43,768 nucleotides of DNA from Saprospiraceae bacterium (GTDB lineage: Bacteria > Bacteroidota > Bacteroidia > Chitinophagales > Saprospiraceae): NCBI GenBank assembly GCA_023300835.1, contig JALZVB010000122.1, forward strand, positions 1 to 43,768, read 5' to 3'. Of this stretch, positions 36,902-43,768 are shown piece after piece. Under the pieces are notes generated by a model, which was given only the letters and a program-made list of their open reading frames with translations, did no database searches and was not told the origin of the DNA. Numbering within the stretch: position 1 is the first letter of the stretch; every line of letters begins with the position of its first letter. Position numbers and translations under genes: made by a program.

Positions 36902-38326
36902 ATGGAATCTTTATCGATACCTTCTGATAAGGTATTATTGACTCTCTTCATGATACTTACTGTAGCATGTTGCAATGCCACAGTTGTGCTAGAGAGCCCC
37001 TTTCCGATAATCATTCCGATGGCTATCGTTTTTTTATTATTCGTTATCAATAATCCTAAAAACTTATTTTACCTGTTCTGGATCGTACTTCCTTTTTCTA
37101 TTGAGGTGGAAGTTGGTAGCCTAGGGACAGATCTTCCTACTGAGCCTATCATGATGGTGTTAATGGGGATTTTTATACTGCTCGTTATAAGTAAACCCAA
37201 GACAATAAGTAAATCCTATTTTTTGCATCCTGTTTCTATATTGATATATCTGCACCTCAGTTGGATTTTAATTACTACAATATTCTCTACTAATTGCTTT
37301 GTTTCTTTCAAGTATCTATTGGCTAAGTTATGGTATATCATCCCATTCTATTTTTTACCATTTGTGTTATTTAAGGATGATACAGACTTTAGAAAGTGTT
37401 TTAGGTTTTTAGGTTATACCTTATTTGTTGCCATTCTGTACGTGTTTATAAGGCATGCGGCTTCTGGATTTTATTTTGATGCTATCAATAAAGCGGTTCG
37501 ACCTATATTTAGAAACCACGTTAACTATGCCATTATTATATTAGCTTATCTGCCTTACTATTGCTACCTGATATTTTCACCGAAAAAGAAAGCAGGTTTA
37601 CTGAAATGGGCTGGTCTTATTTTTTTAGTAGTAGCCATTTATCTGACTTATACCCGTGCGGCTCAGGCTAGTATGATATTAGCTATTGGTATCTATTTTG
37701 TTATTAAAATGAGATTAATAAAATATGCTGTAGGCTCAGCTCTTGTTCTTCTACTGGGTTTAGTAATGTTTCTATCTACTGAAAACAAATACCTGGATTT
37801 TGCGCCAGATTTCAATAAGACTATTGCGCACAAAAACTTTGACAATCTAGTAGAAGCTACTGCTAAAATGGAAGACATCTCTACAGTAGAGCGATTCTAC
37901 AGATGGGTAGCTGGTTTCTATATGGTAGCAGAAAAGCCTCTCGTTGGTTTTGGTCCATCTACCTTCTATACGCAGTATAAGCAATATACTGTCAGTAGTT
38001 ATAAGACATATGTAAGTGATAATCCTGAGAAGTCAGGCATCCATAACAATTACCTGATGGTTGCCGTAGAACAGGGTTACCCAGGTCTACTGATTATGTT
38101 ATCCCTGGTATGTATACCGCTTCTGTATGCAGAAAAAACATACCATAATTTAATTACCAGAGATGATAAACTTTTGGTCATGGTAGCCGCCACTTCTTAT
38201 GCGATGATTGCCATTGTAATTTTAATAAACGATCTACTAGAGGCAGATAAAGTAGGGCCTTTCTTTTTCTTAAGTGCCTCTATTATTGTTTTCATGGGAG
38301 TGAAAGCTAGAAGCAATAAAGCTTAA
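36902..38326 (+). CDS. O-antigen ligase/polymerase family membrane protein (Wzy_C-like)
   Basis: The track ORF starts at TTG 36878. The first ATG is at 36902 (MESLSIPSDK). It is a polytopic protein with the segment LTYTRAAQASMILAIGIYF and a large loop before the last helices, as in O-antigen ligase-like proteins. Confidence 0.7.
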   Translation: MESLSIPSDKVLLTLFMILTVACCNATVVLESPFPIIIPMAIVFLLFVINNPKNLFYLFWIVLPFSIEVEVGSLGTDLPTEPIMMVLMGIFILLVISKPKTISKSYFLHPVSILIYLHLSWILITTIFSTNCFVSFKYLLAKLWYIIPFYFLPFVLFKDDTDFRKCFRFLGYTLFVAILYVFIRHAASGFYFDAINKAVRPIFRNHVNYAIIILAYLPYYCYLIFSPKKKAGLLKWAGLIFLVVAIYLTYTRAAQASMILAIGIYFVIKMRLIKYAVGSALVLLLGLVMFLSTENKYLDFAPDFNKTIAHKNFDNLVEATAKMEDISTVERFYRWVAGFYMVAEKPLVGFGPSTFYTQYKQYTVSSYKTYVSDNPEKSGIHNNYLMVAVEQGYPGLLIMLSLVCIPLLYAEKTYHNLITRDDKLLVMVAATSYAMIAIVILINDLLEADKVGPFFFLSASIIVFMGVKARSNKA

Positions 38327-38328
38327 TA

Positions 38329-38958
38329 ATGTCCCTAGATATTAAGTCAATCACAGAACTGTTACAACAACCACTACCAGGGTGGACAGCTTGGCAAAAG
38401 ATGTCTCCTGTAAAAACAGATAGATACAGAGAAAAAAAAGAGACTTCTAAGAGAGCCGCCGTTATGGCACTACTCTATCCAGACGCTGCTAGTAACCTAA
38501 ATCTAATATTTATAAAGAGACCAGCTCACCCCTTAGATAAACATAGTGGACAGATAAGTTTCCCCGGAGGTAGTGAAGAAACTGAAGATAAAAACTTGAA
38601 AAACACAGCACTCAGAGAAACTTATGAAGAGCTGGGAATTGCCATAGAGAACATTCAAGTATTAGGCCCGCTATCTCCAATTTACATTTACGTAAGTGAT
38701 TTTTATGTGGAACCCTATGTAGGGTACATGAACCATGAACCAAAATATAAACTCCAAAAATCAGAAGTTGATTACACGATCACAATGCCTTTATCGGAAT
38801 TAATGTTGCCAGAAATTATCGGCACAACTACAATAACTGTTAAGGGTCGTTCTCTTGAAGACGTCCCCTATTATAATCTCAATGGAGAAGTGTTGTGGGG
38901 AGCAACAGCTATGATGTTAAGTGAATTCTTAAGTATTCTAAAAAGAAATCCACAATAA
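38329..38958 (+). CDS. NUDIX hydrolase (CoA pyrophosphatase-like)
   Basis: 209-aa ORF with the Nudix box GGSEETEDKNLKNTALRETYEELGI, preceded by RAAVMALLYP. It starts 2 nt after the upstream stop. Confidence 0.8.
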   Translation: MSLDIKSITELLQQPLPGWTAWQKMSPVKTDRYREKKETSKRAAVMALLYPDAASNLNLIFIKRPAHPLDKHSGQISFPGGSEETEDKNLKNTALRETYEELGIAIENIQVLGPLSPIYIYVSDFYVEPYVGYMNHEPKYKLQKSEVDYTITMPLSELMLPEIIGTTTITVKGRSLEDVPYYNLNGEVLWGATAMMLSEFLSILKRNPQ

Positions 38959-38980
38959 GAAAACTCCCAATTGTGGATTT
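38946..38980. terminator. 11-bp inverted repeat spanning the NUDIX stop codon; probable terminator for the convergent YHYH gene
   Basis: AAATCCACAAT (38946-38956) pairs with ATTGTGGATTT (38970-38980), with a 13-nt loop. On the minus strand it is followed by CTTTT. The plus-side tail is poor. Confidence 0.4.
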
Positions 38981-39028
38981 ATAAAGATACATCCTATCTG
39001 TTTCAGATCGGATTATCGTAGAATCGTA

Positions 39029-40399
39029 TTAGAACTTGTTAATAACAACTTGTTCTACTTTCTGATATACGCCATTACTGATCTTAACAAGATAAACGCC
39101 TGCATATAATGTGCTTACATCAAAATAAGCGATTGTCCTCCCTTGTGCTATCTCTTTTTGAGCAACTACTTTACCCAATTGATCTATAAGTTCTATAGTT
39201 ATTGCCTCTGTTACGAGATCATTAACCTGAACTGCAATAAGATCTGATGCTGGGTTAGGAACGATAGAAACGGATAGGTTTTTTTCTTGATCTATTACGG
39301 CTACAGTAGCGTCATATAGAGTTGTAGACTCGTTAACTGAATTGACAGATCTGCGTTCAGCATCTCCATAAAACGTAGGTCCTACAACATATGGATATGC
39401 AGATACCCAATTACTCTCTACCGTTGCAAAGTAAGCGTAAGTGCCATCTGGATACTCAGGTGTAACACAGAATCGACCATTGTGTATATCGAGATAGTCT
39501 TCCTCAGCATGAGCTACATACTCATAATCTTCTCTGAAATAACCTAAGATAAAATCAGCTGTTGGTGGTCCATCGTCAATATCCGTTCCGTCAGCATAAT
39601 GTGTTCTTTCTGTTATGTCACGTAGTTGGTAACTAGACTTGATTCTTTCTATACCTCCAGTACCATCAGCGTTTCTAAATCCATATGCGCCATATATTGG
39701 GAACCCATCATAAGCATACCCTATAAGCGGCGCATGAGCAGTACTATCAATAGCATAGAGACCTTCGGCGTCATAGAGATTACATATGTCAGAGACCACT
39801 TCTAGATCTAATTTAAATGCTGATGGATTCTGATGATGGTGATAATTACCCATAGCTGGATGTGCCTTGGAGCAGTCAAAACCTTCTCTCTCTGCTGGAA
39901 TGGCATCTCTATTCCAATCAGATCCACCTCCCATACCAGGAGCTCCGCCACCACCACAAGGAGGGTTTCCTGGTCCTCCACATAATCGGTTATTCTCTGT
40001 ATCCCATCCAACACCATCTCTGTAATCAAACAAGGCAACACCGTTTATAAAAACACCGATATTGCCACCAGTAGTCTCATCTTTATTACCTGATTTCTCT
40101 ACAGGAAATAGAGGTATTTGAAAAATTGCATTTTGGTCAGAAGCAAGCGATGGGTTACCATCTGTAAATGGTCCTGTAGGATAAGCGGGAATGCCATGCG
40201 TATGCACATATACAAAGTTGTCTGAGTATTCGACTTTCTGGCAATTATATAGCACCCCATTATCCATTGCGACTGAGTTACCCTCCATATAATAGCTACC
40301 CGTTTCTGAAGAGTTCTGTAACCACGATGTAATTGCTGGCGCTTGCCCAGAAGCAACCATACTTACAAACAAGCAAATTACTAAGTAATATATTTTCAT
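39029..40399 (-). CDS. YHYH-domain protein with T9SS type-A C-terminal sorting domain
   Basis: The ORF track extends to 40474. I prefer the ATG at 40399 (MKIYYLVICLFVSMVASGQA signal peptide). Motifs: MGNYHHHQNP and GYAYDGFPIYG (YHYH-type). The C-terminus LSVSIVPNPASDLIAVQV...GVYLVKISNGVYQKVEQVVINKF is a T9SS CTD. Confidence 0.8.
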   Translation of the reverse strand: MKIYYLVICLFVSMVASGQAPAITSWLQNSSETGSYYMEGNSVAMDNGVLYNCQKVEYSDNFVYVHTHGIPAYPTGPFTDGNPSLASDQNAIFQIPLFPVEKSGNKDETTGGNIGVFINGVALFDYRDGVGWDTENNRLCGGPGNPPCGGGGAPGMGGGSDWNRDAIPAEREGFDCSKAHPAMGNYHHHQNPSAFKLDLEVVSDICNLYDAEGLYAIDSTAHAPLIGYAYDGFPIYGAYGFRNADGTGGIERIKSSYQLRDITERTHYADGTDIDDGPPTADFILGYFREDYEYVAHAEEDYLDIHNGRFCVTPEYPDGTYAYFATVESNWVSAYPYVVGPTFYGDAERRSVNSVNESTTLYDATVAVIDQEKNLSVSIVPNPASDLIAVQVNDLVTEAITIELIDQLGKVVAQKEIAQGRTIAYFDVSTLYAGVYLVKISNGVYQKVEQVVINKF

Positions 40400-40722
40400 A
40401 TTTCTTTTTTGTGTAAAAGTAGTTGTGTTTAAATATACAGACAGGTAATTATTAAAATGACCTACCGTAATCAAAGGGTAAATAATTTAAGTACCTATTT
40501 AATTGACTCAGACGAAAACACATGCACTACATGTAAATATGTATCCTGGTAAAAAGCACCAGGTATGATCACTAGAATAACTGTGTCAAGTTATCTAACC
40601 AGTTCAACCTTTCTAATATTTAGAGCTATGCGATAGCTAGAGAGATACTCAAGGGGAAAACATTTATAACTCTTTATATCAAAAGGTTAGAAATATGTTT
40701 TTAAATACTCAGTTGTCATTCA

Positions 40723-41547
40723 CTATGCCCCAATAGGGCCCAGCTCTACGCCTTCTGAGTAAGCGGCCATGATATTGTTTTCACTAAATGCTTTTTTGAT
40801 AAGACTATTTATTTCAAATGTTGCTTCCCAATAATCATCTGGATTTATAGATGGTCTTACGGCAATTACAATATTATGACTATCGTATTTTTCAATACCT
40901 ATAAGTGGGGCTTTTCCCCAGTCAATATATTTACTATCCTTCAGGGCTTCGCTAATTACTTTTTCTACTTTAGGAAAATTTTCTGCGTATGGCATTGTGA
41001 CATTGAGCTCGAGCCTTATTTTCCCAATCGTACTAAAGTTGGTAATAATATTGTCAGTCACTTGTCCATTTGGGATAACCAATGTCTTGTCGTTAGGCGT
41101 TTCTAGAGTGGTGTTGAATATCTGAATGTTCTTTACCTTTCCGAAACTATCAGAAACAGAAACCCAGTCTCCTATTCTGTAGGGTTTGAAAAACAAGATC
41201 GTCAAGCCAGCAGCAAAATTACCTAAGAACCCTTGTAACGCCAGACCAACTGCAAATCCAGCTGCTGCCAATAATCCAAACAAAGCTGATAACTCTATAC
41301 CTACGACACTGGCCGCAATCATAAACACAATAACCTTAAGTAATATTTCTAAAATAGAACTTAGGAACTCAGATACTTCTTGACCGAGATTTGCTCTGCC
41401 AATAGCGACCTTAAGAAGCTTAGAAACTTTCTTAGCAATGAATAATCCTACATATAAGATTACAACTGCCATTAGGACCTTAGGTAGAAAGATTATTCCC
41501 CAGTCCATTAATCGCTCTAGGTATTCTTGAATTTTATCACTTGACAT
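40723..41547 (-). CDS. Small-conductance mechanosensitive channel (MscS family)
   Basis: 274-aa ORF with three N-terminal TM helices, the pore-helix region GFAVGLALQGFLGNFAAGLTILFFKPYRIGDWV, and a beta-domain. Confidence 0.9.
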   Translation of the reverse strand: MSSDKIQEYLERLMDWGIIFLPKVLMAVVILYVGLFIAKKVSKLLKVAIGRANLGQEVSEFLSSILEILLKVIVFMIAASVVGIELSALFGLLAAAGFAVGLALQGFLGNFAAGLTILFFKPYRIGDWVSVSDSFGKVKNIQIFNTTLETPNDKTLVIPNGQVTDNIITNFSTIGKIRLELNVTMPYAENFPKVEKVISEALKDSKYIDWGKAPLIGIEKYDSHNIVIAVRPSINPDDYWEATFEINSLIKKAFSENNIMAAYSEGVELGPIGA

Positions 41548-41630
41548 TATTTGATATTATATGAAGGACGAAATTAAAGATATTCTTTCAAAGTCAACTA
41601 CACGAGGAAATGTAGAACCGTATACTATAT

Positions 41631-42341
41631 CTAACTCTTCTTTGCCTTGAGCGCAAACGGAATCATGAGTAATAGAAACAACAAAAGCGCCAATAATTGA
41701 CCAGTAATCAAATAGATAGGCCAAGGTCCAAAATAATCTAAGATAGATGCCACTGGAGGTTTATTAACGGTATACATGTAGTTAGAACCTATAAGTAGAT
41801 TTATCCCTAGAGTACTTAGCATAAACACATTGGCCATCCAGAAAGCATTTTTGAGATCTGTCCAATTGATCCTCACTTTCATGACAATAACATAATATAT
41901 AGGGAGTATCACTAGAAAGGAATGCATAAGCCAGTAGGTAATATGCTCATAATGTGGAAATCCAAAATCTATATCTGGCGTTATATTAGCGTTAAGTGTT
42001 CCAGCAAGAATCCAAAAGTAAAATATGCCTAACCAGTAACGATTCCACCGCCATATCACTATAGGTGCAGTCAGTGACAATATTCTACATATATGAAGAG
42101 GTAAATCATCCTCTATTTCAAATACACCTGTAACCAGCCTCAATATGATAAGAAAACTACAACCCATAGCAGGGATGAGAGATAGACAGAATAAAAGCTG
42201 TTTCTGACCCTTAGAGCCCAACAGGTACTTGGCTGTCAGTATCGTGATAAGACCTATCAATCCTATTATGATAAGCGGATAATAATGCTCATCAGTATAG
42301 GGATCAAATGTTGATTCTCTCAGAAATACAGAGAAATCCAT
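41631..42341 (-). CDS. Integral membrane protein, TIGR02206/YwaF-like
   Basis: 236-aa ORF with about 7 hydrophobic helices and a conserved-looking DDLPLHICR motif. The family assignment is from memory of that motif only. Confidence 0.5.
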   Translation of the reverse strand: MDFSVFLRESTFDPYTDEHYYPLIIIGLIGLITILTAKYLLGSKGQKQLLFCLSLIPAMGCSFLIILRLVTGVFEIEDDLPLHICRILSLTAPIVIWRWNRYWLGIFYFWILAGTLNANITPDIDFGFPHYEHITYWLMHSFLVILPIYYVIVMKVRINWTDLKNAFWMANVFMLSTLGINLLIGSNYMYTVNKPPVASILDYFGPWPIYLITGQLLALLLFLLLMIPFALKAKKS

Positions 42342-42636
42342 AGCAGGGCTTGTGGGTTTATAATTAACGTTGTTTACTAAATTGCTTATAAAAATGGAAT
42401 TCCACCCTATTAGCGTCTGTTTTTGATAGATTATTTATAGTTTTCCAATGTATAGGAATCGTTAAAATATAACTTCCCGATTTGTGACTGGCACTTTTGC
42501 GCCAGAACTTCGTTAAAAACTCTTGTGATAGCTAGGCTATCTTTATGTTTTTCGACTAGTTCTGTTCAAATTTCCTTGTCATAATGGTACTTATTATTTT
42601 ATACATTCCTTATTAATAAAAACTAAACTGGTAGTA

Positions 42637-43764
42637 ATGAAAAATTTCTTGTTGACACTTGCCATGGCATTTGTGATAAACAGTACTTATGCAGGCGAAG
42701 GTATGTGGTTGCCACTCTTTCTCAAGAGTCTTAATGAAGCAGAAATGCAAGAATTGGGTATGAAACTCTCAGCCGAGGACATATATAGCGTCAATCAAGG
42801 CTCTCTTAAAGATGCCATTGTACACTTCGGTGGATTCTGTACATCAGAGCTTATCAGTGATCAGGGACTCTTACTTACCAATCATCACTGTGGTTATGGT
42901 CAGATACAATCGCACAGTTCTATAGAAAACAACTATCTAAAAAACGGATTTTGGGCCAAAAGCTTGAAAGAAGAGTTAGCCAATGAAGGCCTTAGCGCTA
43001 CATTGATAAATGAAATTATTGATGTCACTAAGGAAGCGCTTGTAGGTGTTACCGATGATATGACAACTGCAGAAAGAGCATCTGCAATAGAAAAAAATCT
43101 AACGGCAATAAAGACCTCAACTATTAAGAAAGATTATCAAGAAGTGTCAATCAGACCATTCTTCAATGGCAATCAATATTTTGCTTTTCTAACGACTAAA
43201 TATCTAGACGTAAGACTGGTAGGAACACCACCAGAGAGTATCGGAAAATTTGGAGCAGATACAGACAATTGGGTATGGCCAAGACATACTGGAGATTTCT
43301 CTATGTTCAGAATATATGCCGGTGCGGATAACCTTCCAGCTGAATACTCTGAGGACAATATACCTTACAAGCCTAAGCACTTCTTACCTGTATCTACAGA
43401 TGGTGTCGAGCAAGGTGACTTTACAATGGTGTTTGGTTTTCCTGGAAGAACACAAGAATACCTTCCTGCCGTAGCTGTAGAAGAAATCGTAGAAGTATTG
43501 AACCCTGCCAAAATATCTATCAGAGAAAAGGCACTAGCAATCATAGATAAATACATGAGAAATGATGAAGCAACAAGAATACAGTATGCGTCTAAGTTTG
43601 CAAGAGTAGCTAACTATTGGAAAAAATGGATAGGTGAAAGTTTAGGTCTTACCAAAACAAAGGCTATCGAAAAGAAAAGAAGTTTTGAAAAAGGTGACTG
43701 TAAATTTCTTTTTAAAACTAGTGATATCGAAATGAAGTCTAAAAAGGAAAAAAGAAAAAAGTAA
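42637..43764 (+). CDS. S46 family dipeptidyl-peptidase (DPP7/DPP11-like), N-terminal half only; stop lies 4 nt before the window end
   Basis: 375-aa ORF with a signal peptide followed by AGEGMWLP. The catalytic His context is LLLTNHHCGYGQ, and FGADTDNWVWPRHTGDFSMFRIY carries the catalytic Asp. Family members are about 700 aa with a C-terminal GGNSGSP serine motif, which is absent here. The last ~25 residues (GDCKFLFKTSDIEMKSKKEKRKK) look unlike the family. Confidence 0.75.
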   Translation: MKNFLLTLAMAFVINSTYAGEGMWLPLFLKSLNEAEMQELGMKLSAEDIYSVNQGSLKDAIVHFGGFCTSELISDQGLLLTNHHCGYGQIQSHSSIENNYLKNGFWAKSLKEELANEGLSATLINEIIDVTKEALVGVTDDMTTAERASAIEKNLTAIKTSTIKKDYQEVSIRPFFNGNQYFAFLTTKYLDVRLVGTPPESIGKFGADTDNWVWPRHTGDFSMFRIYAGADNLPAEYSEDNIPYKPKHFLPVSTDGVEQGDFTMVFGFPGRTQEYLPAVAVEEIVEVLNPAKISIREKALAIIDKYMRNDEATRIQYASKFARVANYWKKWIGESLGLTKTKAIEKKRSFEKGDCKFLFKTSDIEMKSKKEKRKK

Positions 43765-43768
43765 GCAA

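Noticed and set aside
1-43768. Window-wide look for CRISPR arrays, tRNA/rRNA genes, IS elements, integrases, toxin-antitoxin pairs or known defence genes
   Set aside because: I saw no regularly spaced direct repeats, no tRNA-like T-arm or acceptor patterns in intergenic regions, and no transposase, recombinase, nuclease or ATPase ORFs. The region looks like core chromosome rather than an accessory island.

Overview
AT-rich chromosomal segment that reads as Bacteroidota: two proteins end in T9SS type-A C-terminal sorting domains, several have Cys-lipobox signal peptides, there are TAnnTTTG-like -7 boxes, and operons are tightly packed. I call about 36 protein-coding loci, mostly housekeeping or envelope genes. 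In order: a class-III aminotransferase running off the left edge; two tandem secreted thioredoxin-fold proteins; two tandem POT peptide transporters; a TlpA-like lipoprotein; a 1842-aa thioester alpha-2-macroglobulin (A2M) lipoprotein followed by alkB, pbpC and a small orphan protein; a split T9SS cargo gene; a glycosyltransferase and epimerase pair; a pepT-GNAT-flavoprotein-DoxX-PPTase operon; a MIP channel pseudogene; a GbsR/MarR regulator; a HEAT-cyclophilin lipoprotein; an orphan type III PKS; csp; thrS; a DUF1015-flippase-Wzz-ligase-NUDIX cluster; a YHYH T9SS protein; MscS; a TIGR02206-like membrane protein; and a truncated S46 peptidase at the right edge. I saw no rRNA, tRNA, CRISPR array, transposase, integrase or recognisable defence gene, and I did not find a convincing new multi-gene system. 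The most system-like locus is the known A2M/PBP1C envelope pair, here with an unusual layout. Points worth a second look: (1) a GC-rich, hairpin-dense ~260-nt island with no credible ORF between A2M and alkB, possibly a structured RNA; (2) a T9SS cargo gene split exactly at an in-frame A_AAA_AAA / A8 slippery tract; (3) a MIP channel with one in-frame TGA and an NPA-to-NSA change; (4) a type III PKS with no tailoring neighbours; (5) an S46 peptidase that stops 4 nt before the window end. All family assignments rest on motifs I recognised by eye in the translations; no database search was run.
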